This document shows, piece by piece, positions 14,842 through 26,532 of a stretch of DNA of 64,000 bases; within the stretch, counting starts at the first letter, position 1, and every line of letters begins with the position of its first letter. Both the position numbers and the translations under genes were made by a program. The notes under the pieces were generated by a model. That model did no database searches. It was not told where the DNA came from and worked only from the letters and a program-made list of their open reading frames with translations. This DNA comes from Podarcis melisellensis (Eukaryota). The stretch lies in assembly GCA_964234715.1 (NCBI GenBank), contig OZ174276.1. One strand, written 5' to 3'.

Positions 14842-16310
14842 AGCTTCCCCCACACCGTATCTTACAGCGGGCATTCCCGCCAATGTGACTTTCGCTCCAT
14901 GCATTTGGAAGAGGAGGAAGAAGAGGCCCTTACTGGCCACCAAATTGCCTTGTGGCCCTAGACTTGCCTTAGGCAACACTGGCACACTACCTGGTCATGC
15001 AGGTCAGCCCCAGCATACTGCTGCCTGGCTTTGCCATGATGTAGCCTGCTTTGGATATAGGTACCACTGCTTATATGTATTAAAACTGTCTTCGTTCAGT
15101 GCTCTTTGTCTTCAAGGTATCCATTGTAAAGCCATTTTCTAAGGCACTGGGCGATAGGATTACCCCTCTGTCCCTTCTAATACACCATTCCCAAGCAGAA
15201 GTTTCTGACACCTGCCTCTTCCCCTTTTCTATGCATGTTTAGCTGTATAGCAATCACTTGCTTTTCTTTTGGTCTCCAAAGTTCTGCTTCTGTACCAGCC
15301 CCGACTGCGCCTTTTTCCTGATCATTTTACAATAGATTTAGGTCATTGACTGTGAAAACGCCCTGAGGGGCTTCAGGGGGTAACGTACAGCTGAGAGTAG
15401 CATCTCTACTAGCCAGCAGTTGGTGCTACATAATGAGCACTCTTCAACCATGGGACCTCCAAATTGGGTTGGTGCTATGTCCTGGCAGATTAGAGACCAA
15501 ATAAGATACTAACCACTTTCTTCAGTACAGTACTATTAATAGTGCTCAGTGCAAATTGGATAGTCTCAGCCTGGGAATTGGATTACCCCCCCCCAGCAGC
15601 TACCCAGCAACTGTTTCCTTGCTGGGGATAGAAGTGTTAAGATTAGAGCCGCTCTTGCCAGCTATCTTGATGCCTAAGATCAGTGTGTCTGCCAGAGGAT
15701 AGCACGAGGACATTGCCTGTAAATGGATACAGCCTGTGGAACTGCTCTCTCCCTTTCTTCGGCTTTCATTTGGACAGTGTTAACTACACCTAGCTTAGCA
15801 TCCTTATTGTTTCATAGCTGTGACCTGACATTTACAGAAAGTGCCTTAGACACTACAGTACTAAGACAATGTTACATATATAATTTGCCTATAACAATGA
15901 TTTAATGTATTAATTTTATCATATCATGTTACATACACATCTTCTCTAGTCCAAGTGGTATTGATATTCAGTGATGAGGAATCAGTGTTAACTATGAAAT
16001 CTTGATCTGTTGCAACATGCTTGAAAAAAAATTCTTTTTTTTTGGTTACAAGCTTTAACATCCGTTATAAAGCTTTTGTTTCTGTGCATTTGGGTATTTC
16101 TTAATCCTAACTGGCTGTTGACCACCAGGCATCTGACTGCAAATACCTTGTTTCTTTGTATCTCCATATTTCTAGACAATGATTTTTGTAAGACAATAAA
16201 TTTATTCATTCTAGAGACTCATTCATGCTTGGGCTGCTTACTTAGAAGAGATGCTCTCCCTCCCAAAATCAAGATAGAAATGAATAAATGAAACTTGCAG
16301 GTTTGTCCCT
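14842..16310 (+). other. MYH10: MYH10 3'UTR (end approximate)
   Basis: Follows the stop codon; no obvious repeats; AU-rich distal part; AATAAA at 16195-16200 and 16283-16288. Confidence 0.8.
16195..16288 (+). terminator. MYH10: Two candidate MYH10 polyadenylation signals (AATAAA 16195-16200 and 16283-16288)
   Basis: Canonical hexamers; the first is preceded by TTTTTGTA. Confidence 0.7.
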
Positions 16311-17334
16311 ATTGATAAACTGATGGTGCTATAAAAGTAAATGATGTTGATAATAATATTAAATACTGAATCATTTTTAAATTCAGTAATTCATTTTCTT
16401 GGGTTTTAAATTCTTTTAGCATTTGAGAAACAGGTGTGCTGAGTTCAGCAACCGATACGTAATGCAAGGAATACTAGTCACAATAACTTGGGGGGGGGGG
16501 GATGTTGCCTCCCCCATTCCTTAATTTAGAACAAGGGAACACCTTTTATCTGTAAGCCAAGGTTGACAGATGTGGCATCAACCTGTCAAAATACCTTTCC
16601 CTTTAGATTTTGTTTACTCTTGTAGCAGTGTGTAATGAAGATGATAAATAGCTTTGCAACTGGTGCATAACTTAAGGCAGTACCCACTCACCAGTTTACC
16701 AATGGTGACAGTACAGGAGTGGTGGATTGGTCCATTATTACGGATGTATTTACATCTAGGAGAAAAAGTCCTACCTGAAGCTTGGTCTTTTGGGTGTGTA
16801 CTTTCTTCAAGAAACTATGAAGAGGAATAGGAGCACATGCTACTGCCAATCATGGTGGATGTTGACAGTAGTGAAGCATCATGCAGAAAGTTTCAATTTT
16901 GGCTGGAAATCTTACTAGAGACCATCAAACCTGAATTTCAGCTGCTAGCTGTGCAAGACCTGAATCCTCTGTTCAGTTGCCATCTTGACATTAAACAAGT
17001 TTTAAGTACTCCTCTTAGTTCTTAGTGTTTCCTGGCACCTGTCATGTGCTGCAGGAATCCAACATAGGTTAGGCATGTAGGAGAAGAGAGCCCCCTCCCT
17101 GGCTCCCACAATTCCAAAACACATGAAAAAGGATTCTCTTTGATCAGACCACCTCCACATCCAGTTGTAGATGCACTCACTCCCGTATTTACCCTCTACT
17201 GACAGCTAGCCACAGCTGTGGAAGGGAACTTGTATCAACTTTATAAGGAGAAGAACCTGCTCCACAGCGACACCACCCACTCACCAAAACAACACACAAA
17301 GCATAGGCAGAAGCATCTTTTCTGCAAAAGCCAA

Positions 17335-18480
17335 TGTGTCCACATTAAAAGATCTTTATTTTTGGACCATCTCTCGTTGAACCACAGGATGGCAGTCACC
17401 ACAGAAATCTGATACACTGTCCTAGGGAAAACATGCCTCAGAGATTCTGAATAAATAAAGCTACAAAGCCCAAGTTATGTACAAATATCTTAGGCAAAGA
17501 TATTATGTTTACAAACCTATGTACAGTAAAACAAATGTAAACAGTAAATGCAGCAAAGGACACACAAGAAAAGGGCTGACAAAATCCAAGCTGTGAGTGG
17601 CAATTTGCCCCTAGCCTGCTCTGGCTTTTACTCCCTTCTCTTTCCCTTGCTCTTAGACAATTCCCACTAAATCTCACTAAGAAGCCAGAGCCCCAAACCA
17701 CTGGGTTTATTGAAATAAGATAGACAAAAGCCAGCAGCATACGATGAAGCTGACTAAAATTTAAAAAAAATAAACAGGGGTGTTGCTCTACTTTAAAAAT
17801 TACCAGCTTTGGTGAACAAGAGACATAATTGCACAACACACACATTTCTTGTGCTCCACAGAGGAGATACCACAGCTAGATCTTTAGCAGGGCTGCTCCA
17901 TCAGGTCTCAAGCCCATTGGATACATCATCATTTCATTGGGAGTATGGAAGGTTCATACAGGTTCATCCTGCATCCCAAGCGTATCAGCTGGCCAGAGAA
18001 GTTCTAGGCCTTCCCTGGCTTCCCTTGAATATGAGCTGTCTCATCCAGAAAGGGGGCAGGGTGGGGAAAAGAAATACAGCACTGGGATCCTGTGTGCCTA
18101 TGTGCAAAGTTTGGGGAGCAGTGGGAGGAGGTGGAGGAGTTGCTAAGGGGCCATCCAGCATCAAAGTAGGCCCAACTTAGCAGAGGTACAAAACTGGAGG
18201 GTGGGGCAGCAGGAGAAGGTGATTTAGGCAAGTGCAACTCCAGCATCCTGTGAGACAGACATCAGCGGTGACCACGTTAAAGAACGTCCACGATGGAAAT
18301 AGAAGAAAATAGACTGTATTGACATAAGGAGTGCTCTGTGTGTGCTGGGATCTTCTCCAGGCAGCTTCTGAGTGCTACAACCCACTCAGCTCCAGCAGGG
18401 GGCACTAACGGAAAAGTTTTGCAAGCAGCTCTTGTTCCTTCACGAACTAATTAGAGTCCCATCATGGCCTTGCAACCCAT
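17335..18480 (-). other. NDEL1: NDEL1 3'UTR (end approximate)
   Basis: Runs from the TGA at 18481-18483 to just past AATAAA (- strand) at 17355-17360; U-rich on the - strand. Confidence 0.8.
17355..17360 (-). terminator. NDEL1: NDEL1 polyadenylation signal AATAAA (a proximal alternative lies at 17706-17711)
   Basis: tttatt on the + strand, with U/GU-rich sequence downstream on the - strand (~17270-17330). Confidence 0.7.
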
Positions 18481-18571
18481 TCATACACTCAGAGGGAGCA
18501 TGCCTGGTGCTGATGATGGTCTGGACCCTCCTAGACCTGGTGGTGGGCCTTGGTCAAAGCCATTGACTGCC
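18481..18571 (-). CDS. NDEL1: NDEL1 last coding exon, [29 protein letters not shown]
   Basis: ttccacag| acceptor; the ...GMLPLSV C-terminus identifies NDEL1 rather than NDE1. Confidence 0.96.
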
Positions 18572-18984
18572 CTGTGGAACAGTAAGAGAAAATGGTCAAT
18601 AAGAAGTACCGACAGATAAAAACTGCACTTGCTGCGCCATGTCACAAACACATGCAATGCTGAACTGTTTGTCTTGCAAGGGCTAGCCAAGTGTGTAAAC
18701 TGAATTGTGAAAATCCAAAGGACTGTTAATCCTGCAAACTAAAGGCCAATAGTTCAGTTCCCAAAATGCATGCAGCAAGGGCAAGTCCCTTGATAGACAC
18801 TTCTGTCTCCTTTCAGAATAGTCTTCCATTTGTTTTCCATTTTGGTATGTTTGTTTATATTTTACAATTGTATAATTTTGGGGGCTAACTGCAAAAAGGC
18901 AAAGTACACATGTATTTTCTATATATTCAATAGAACCATCTGCCTTTGGGGTTGTCATCAGGGGTAACAGGGCTTTTTGCTTAT

Positions 18985-19250
18985 CTGGAAATACACCAAA
19001 TGCTTTGTAAGCATATTTGGGTATACGAAATGGGTATTTTAGTGTGGCAGCACCTATACTTTGGAACTCCCTGCCTACTGACACCAGACAGACACCTTTC
19101 GTGTATCCTGTTCTACACCCACCTGCTTAAAACATTTTTGTTTAGACAAGCCTGTTCAGTCACAGATGTTGACATTTTTTAATCTTTTAAACTGATAATT
19201 TTAATATTTCTTGTAAACTACTGTTTCACTACCATCAAGGTGTGCATAAA
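18985..19250 (+). mobile_element. Old L2-like LINE 3' fragment
   Basis: ttagtgtggcagcacctatactttggaactccctgcc...ctgcttaaaacatttttgttt resembles the L2 3' end; limits approximate. Confidence 0.5.
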
Positions 19251-22200
19251 TAATGCCTTAGCATTACCACACAACCAAACACAGAAATTATCATCCAAGT
19301 TTTCCGGTCTATCAGAAAGCTATGAGAAGTATAAAACGCACAATATGCATTGACCAAACATCACACCTCCATGTAGAGGTGCTCCCGGATGCCACACAAA
19401 TACCAAACCAACCCCTGTTTCTACCTCTTGCTCTTAGCCTAATCTCCAGTTGAAAAACTAGAGAAGGGGACTCATAATTTACCACAAGTCCCCAGAGCTA
19501 GGCTGCATGCAAATGTGGGACACACTCCTGCTGCTGCAACCCGGAAGAAAAGCAAAAATGAATTACATAAAGGACTAGGTGGCTCACAGAGCTAGTTAAA
19601 TCTTTGCTGTGGGCTGTGTTACAATAGCTAAGAAATAGGTCTCAAATTCAATTATTCAAAAGTTGCAGAAGTGTTTCAGAGTTAGTTAGTTTTGCCAATG
19701 AATTGGAATTCCCATTGGTTCAATCTATATAATTGTGCCCTACACCCACAGCAAACTCTTCATTTAAGTAGAGGTTTCAGTGAATGGAAGTCCTGTTTTG
19801 CAAATTCCCCTTTTCTCCTGTCAAGGCCCTCCCCCCCCCACACACACTTCAAGGGCTCCCCAACTCTCTGGAATGTGTGTGCACACAGTGGACTGCAGAG
19901 GCCAGGGGGAATTCATATAAGCCTCTGATAGATCAAGAAACCATTTATTAGCAGAATATAATTGGATGCAACCCCCTAGCTACTTTTAGTGTGGTAGAGA
20001 CAGAGAAGATGTTTATGATGCTAATGAACAGAAAAGTGTCAAGGGAGAATGGCCAGATCCATCGCATTGGACATTGAGACAGGGTGATAGAACATGTTGA
20101 ATGACCTAGCCATTATATGCTCCATCCAGGTCAAGTGGTTTTGCACAAATTGCCTGTGTTTTCAAAATTTGCAATCCAATCACCAAGAATTGGGGTGATG
20201 CCAGATTATGTACTAGAAGGTGGATTCAGAAAGTTCCAGCAAGGTCATGGTTATGCATAGTTCTAGGCTCCCAAACCTACAGGCAGGGGACAACACTTCT
20301 GGAATACAAACATTCACTGATGAGGAGTCCAACTCCTAAACAGACCTGAACTTGTTGACTAGTATTCCCAGATACACTAATGTGGTGTTACCCACAAAAT
20401 ATGTACACATCCCTTTGAATATACTGATGTTTATTTCCAATTTCAGGTTTTTAAATGTACTAGGCTTGGACACAAATTAAGCACACAGTGATGATGCTGA
20501 AGTGAAACCCAATATATATGTCCAAACTTTCTCCCACTACATAGCTTGTCCCATACTGGACAGAGACAATTCCTACACAGATTGCAGCTGGAGGCTGCAT
20601 CACAGCTATGGAAGTTCACTTAGCACTGAAAAGAGAGTGTCGTGGTCAATTGTACAATTCACTGATTAGCAGGCATCTAGTGGACTGCTAGGGCTTCCCA
20701 GGGCAAGCTAAATGATGGTGGTGTGAGCCCTACAGATAAGAAAAACTATTTCTAGGTCACAGATATTCTGAAGATGGCTTAAGGCAATTATAGGCTAACC
20801 TGTTCCTACAAAAACCACGCAAAGTGCTGGGGCTAGTCACACAAGGGATGTCATGGTAACAGCTGAGAACTGAGGTACAAGACTGTTCAAATTCAGGCCA
20901 TTCACTGAACTGTAGTTCTGATGCAATAAAGCCCTAGCGAACTGTCAGTCAGCCATTTCTAGCCTACTTATCTCCTTAGAACTGGCTGAGGCAGGAGGCC
21001 CATTAAAGCCTCCCTCTGCCTTCCTGATTCAACAGCAGATTGAGCTGGAGAAACGCTGCATCAATATGAGCAGGCAAAGCTTCTTGCCTGTGGCATACTT
21101 CTCACTCAAACAGCAGAAGTGACTACATTCAGCAGTGACTTCCTCTCCCCCTACTTAAGCTGAAATCTATTGACAAAGAATGAATAGGGAGGTAGGGGAA
21201 TGCCCTTCTCCCTTCAAGGCCTTTCCGCTCCATTTTTCAATGCAAAAGAAAAGACGCTGTGGAACAAAATCTAAAACTTATGAACTATTTTCACTTTTGG
21301 AATTATGGACAGGGCAAGCATCTGCTTTACCTGATGAAGGTCCCAGACTTAATCTCTAGGTAGAGCTGGGAGAAACTCCCTGACTGAAACCCTAGAGAGC
21401 CAATATATCAGTGTAGACAATAATGAGCTATAGGGACCAATGATTAGGCAGCTTTCTGTATTTGAGCAAAAGGACTTCACTTCCCCCTCCTCATCTGCAA
21501 CAGACTTCCACACAATCAGAATTTTCTCTGAAGGGTCTCTAAACCTTCTGGAGCAGATTTTGGAGGTCTGTTGGTGGCAGGGGCAGAATGGAAGAACAGG
21601 TGAAATCTTGTTGGGCGAGTGGAATTCCACTGCATTGGAGCCAACCTAATGTGAATGACACCTTTTAATACAGGGCTTTAAAATATTGTTTCATCTTTAT
21701 CGTACTTCCTTAATTTCTGATGTAAAGTGTTAGGTACTTTTTGAAGACATGCACAATTCTTAATGCCTACTCCAAATTCCTCCAATTGAAATTTGAGCAT
21801 GAAATAAAATGATGCAAATTAAGTACACACTGAATTAAGAAACAAGCTAACATGCAAATATTGTTTCAAGCAGCAAACCTTCAGTTCACAGATTATGGAG
21901 AAGGAAACAGAAAATTGGAATCCACTGATCTTTCAGAAATGATCATGATTAGAAACAAATTTCATTGTGGGTATTTTCAAGGGTGTGCTTTAGTGTTCAA
22001 TTAGGGTTTCATGTGGCTTATTTAGGGCATTTTTACCCTTGCCTTCCACACTTGCTGTGTGCTAATGACTAAAGAACTCAATCCTGTTATATAGGTGGAA
22101 CCATTTTAGGCACGTCCAACTGGCACGATTGCAGACGCACAGGTCCTGTTGGAACCGGATGAAGGCTTATATGCACTCCACTGACGCGTATGGGGGCTGG

Positions 22201-25200
22201 GTACAGAACCCCTGCATGAAAAGGTCACCATCTGAATATAAAGCAGATATATATGAATCTTGCTTGTGATATGTGGTATCAATCCACTATCCCCTCATGT
22301 GTCTCCAGATTTTTTTTTATTAATTTTTTTTTCCCATTTCTGGATAAATGCTATGGACGGTGGACTGTTTCAAGGCCTAATTGTTAAAAAACTTTCATTT
22401 TGCTTATCACGATACTGATTGTTCCTGCTTTATGTGATCATTCCCCCCCCCCCATATTTTTACAAAAATAAGTTATCTTTATGCAATGTAAGCTTCAGCA
22501 GGTAGTAACTCTATTTCTGGGCCTATTTGTAATTGATGCTCAAATACAACTAAGGCATTTGTTTTAAAAATTTCATTAAATTTTACTGTTTGCTAAAGTA
22601 CTAACTTTACACAATACATTTTATATTCAAGTTTGAAATTGATGAATAAGTACTTATATATATATTATTTTGTCTCAAAATTTCTAAGGGTTTGTTTTTC
22701 CATGGTTTGCAAATTTCCAGAAGTTTCATTTCTGTACACAGCGCACACCTCAAATCTGGCATGTATTTGTCCACTCAAATGGCATGCATGAAGAGGACAA
22801 GAGTTCAATAGAAGTATAGCATCCTGTTACGTAAAATCTATAAATCTAGTTACATGGCAATAAAAACCAAAAACCAATTCAGACACAAGATTAGTATCTC
22901 AGCCCCACACATCCCTGATAGGTGACACACACTCTCATCTCCACGCATCAGGCATCACACCAAAACAGTTGCAATTACCCATGAAATGTGCAGAGAATCT
23001 GACCTATCCAAAAAGGAGAGATGGAAACAATTCATATTGAAAACATCTGTTATGTCAAAAGACTTCCAGGCATCACTAATGAAATTGAGGTTCTTGAAGT
23101 CAATTTAGGAACTAGTATTAAAGCCAAAGGTGGGGAATTGCTTTCCAACTTCCACCAAGCATAGCACTAAAACAGCAAGATTAGAGTTGCCTAAAATCAA
23201 TCCAGTTTACCATCTCATGTGTACCTTGCTTTGGGAACACTTTGCTGTTAGGGGTTCTACCTGCACAACTGGCATTCATGTATATTGTATATATTTCTAA
23301 TAATATAGTCAGTGATCCTTAATGGCCTACCAGAGACCATTTTAAGTACGAGCTTGTACAACGTCAATACAGCTGTGTTTAGAATTTGATATCGCTGTAC
23401 ATTAATGCTAACATAAGGTACAAAGACACCAGCATGGAATTCTGGCTTGGGCTGGGATCTAAAGCGTGCTCTGCTGATGGTGCTCTCATTCTGCAATAGA
23501 AACGTGTGCTACTACAACGCAAGCAATTGTACTCTTGGCAATGAGATCTAAAGCAGGATGAGATATAAACCCTCCAAGGATTGCATATACACACCTGCCT
23601 TCATATCACATGCATTCACTCCCCCAGCCAACTTGGCTTGAAAAGAGTATTTTGGGGTTTTTGAAGCCCAGCTCCTGGAGGAGGGATGGATTTTCTGGAG
23701 ATTGCAAATGGGCTGTGACAGACCATCACAACAATTAGGCTTGAGAAAAACCTTCTACTGTGGGCAACAGAAGGCTATTTATCAAGTTTAATTGCAGAGC
23801 ACAGGAAGTTTTGGTGCAAAGGAAGTATTAACACTTTCCTTCCTAGGTGTGACAAACTGAAATGCTCTGGGAATAGCCTTTTTTTCATATTTAATTGTAG
23901 CAAGGAAGGGAACATTGTAGGCCAGATGGGGAGGTCTTAGGGATGACATATATCCCACAGGCCTATGGTTCCTCATCCCTAGTCTAACAAGCTCAAAAGA
24001 CGAGTTTGCATGAAGTAATCTCAGCCACTTATCAGCCACCACCAATTTTCAGCATTACAAGGACATGAACAACTGGTTTATTCTCTGGTTCAGTCACAAT
24101 TTCCAACTTCACTTAAGCTCCCTTGGCTTCAAGTTTCAACAAATGACTTAGTTAACTTTCCATATAAGCAGCCCTTAACAAGTTGTTCCTGCATGTCACT
24201 AGGTAGGACAGTACCCACCACACCCCAATTTAATATCCACTCAATTTCAATGCACCATAGAGAGTCAACAGTGTAAACAATTGCTACTAGCAGAACATTG
24301 GCAAAGCCAGCAATAGAGCAATGTGTGAGTTACCTCAATCAGTCCCACCACCCAACCATAGGCCATTCATAAGGCAGCAGCAGCAGCAGATTGGGTTGGG
24401 TCCATAAACATGCGTGGCTGTTTCAGGATCCAGCGACAATTGGGGGCAGGGAGAAGACTACAGGGGCTAGAGAAAGAGAGAGAGAGAAAGAAACAAACAA
24501 ACAGGGGAGAAGGAGAAAAAAGAGCATGCCTAAGCTCACTTTCCATGCCCTAGCCAGCATGGCAATAAGATGGTAGCCAATTCACAATTACTCAGAAGGG
24601 CTTAAAAATATGCAAAAAATAAATCGCAGGTGGACTGAAAGGGAGGGTGGGGGAGAGACAAGGAGAAGCAGCAAAGGAAGAGGGACAGGATGCAGGGCCA
24701 CAGAGTGTCAACATCGGGGCAAAAAGCAGAAGGAACTGAGAAAAGAAGAGTGGCCTTTGACTCTTCTATGCACGCTCCTGAACAACTTGAATACCTCCCT
24801 GCTTGCTGCTCAAGAAAACCCTGTGTATCTGCTTCATGAGATATAGCTCGTCGTTGTTATTTGTTCTACAGCACTACCTTGAAGACAGGATCACCAGATC
24901 TCTGTTAGACATATTCTTCAAGAGACAAGCTGCGAGAATCCCCTAACCACTGCCCAAAAGTAGGACTGCAGCTGCCTAACAGTACTGTTTACCAATTCTG
25001 TTGTTTCAGGTCTGTACTAGTTACTATAAACAACAGGGAGTTCTGCACTGAATGGGATATGGCATAGTGCAAGGTGAGGTCAGGGACTGGCAAAAAAAAA
25101 GGGGGACCAAACAGAAAGAAATTATTTCTGCAAAAGTGCAGAATGAGACTTGGGAAAACCTGAAGAGAATTTTGGAGAGAGATTTGTAAGAGGAAAACCA

Positions 25201-25774
25201 GGGTGTTCTAAAGGGATGAGCAGAAAGCAAAAAGAGGAGAGGGCAACAAAAACTAAGCCAATATAAGATGAGCTTAAGCAGATAAAAAGCACAAAGGACC
25301 TGAAAAGAGACACAAGACGAGGACTGATGCAGCAATAGAGGGATAACACAAAATATACACAAACCATGAATACTTCCAGCGGGTCAACTGCATGTTGCAT
25401 TACACAAACCAGCCCAGCATGCAGCCCAGCATGAAGTGACCCTTTCCTACCTTACAATCTGCTTACTGTTCACAGTATGGCTCAAGATAGCAAGCGTGGG
25501 TTTTAAGAGGCTTGCCTCTGGATTCATGACCATGAGAAGCAAATCACACATTGAAGGCACACCCAATTCACATTGAGACTAAGTGTATCCACAAGCAATT
25601 TCCTATCCCACCTTTGTGCAAATGGCAAAGATGCAGCTTGGTCTGTAAGCTATACAGAAAACATCATTAAGCCAGGCACAAAGGCAGCCAGCAGAGCTTC
25701 TACTTTCATTTCCCCTCCCAAACTTCTGCTTATGTGGATTTAGTTTTGCACATGAAAGATGTACCACACTTTGT

Positions 25775-26150
25775 CCTAATCACACTTAGTCACATCTAGG
25801 TTAGACTGCTGTCTTGAGGTCTGTCAGGGGCTGCCTTTGAAAAAGGTACTAGAAATGCAGCTGTTAAGATTGCAACTGGTGCAGGCTGAATGGAACATAA
25901 CACTTCAGTTTTGCAACAACTTCATTGCCTAACTCCCTGTTTATTTCACCTAAACAATCTCTGTGCAGGATAATTTAAGGATGACCCTGATCCTCCACAA
26001 GCCAAAGTATGGGGGAAGGTGGCATAGGGCAGGGCTTTCTTTGCAGTGGCTCCAAATCTCTGCAAAAAGAGTAGGAACATGGTTGACCATACACTATTTA
26101 AAACCTCACAAATGCTCAAGGCAGCATAGCTCCCGAAACTTTTCAAACAA
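25775..26150 (+). mobile_element. Old L2-like LINE fragment
   Basis: Degenerate ttagactgctg...ggggctgccttt...gcaactggtgca...gggctttctttgcagtggctcc, paralleling 53080-53460. Confidence 0.5.
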
Positions 26151-26532
26151 ACAGCTCTTAACTAGAGCTGGACCGATATTTTTGGCACAGCTCTTTTTGC
26201 CCATTTGCAGGGGAGGGGCATAAAAGGCTAGAATAATTTTTGCCCCAAATTGGGAAAGAGCAGAAGAAATTTCTGAGAAAGTTCTCTCAGTGAAAAGAGT
26301 GGAAGGGGCTTACCTTGCGTTCTATAATGAAATTACCAAGAGTGTGGATCATTTCAAACATTCTCAAGTTTGTCTTCCTGTACTTGATATGACAGAGGAA
26401 GAGAACCTCCTTCACATTCTCTATGGCAGTGGTTGAGAAAACTCCAGCCCACAGGCTAATTTGTTCTGCCAGGAGTCCTTAATATGGCCTGTGAGGCCAT
26501 TTATCCTAAGCCATGCCCACCTGCCATCATAG

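Noticed and set aside
14654-15142. 162-aa ORF overlapping the last MYH10 exon in another frame
   Set aside because: It starts in the intron, has no phase-compatible splice route from exon 13829-14001, and resembles no protein I know.
21331-21355. Second 25-nt AG...GT segment in NDEL1 intron 8
   Set aside because: Weaker tract, an almost immediate stop in exon-8 phase, and no other support; likely a pseudo-exon.
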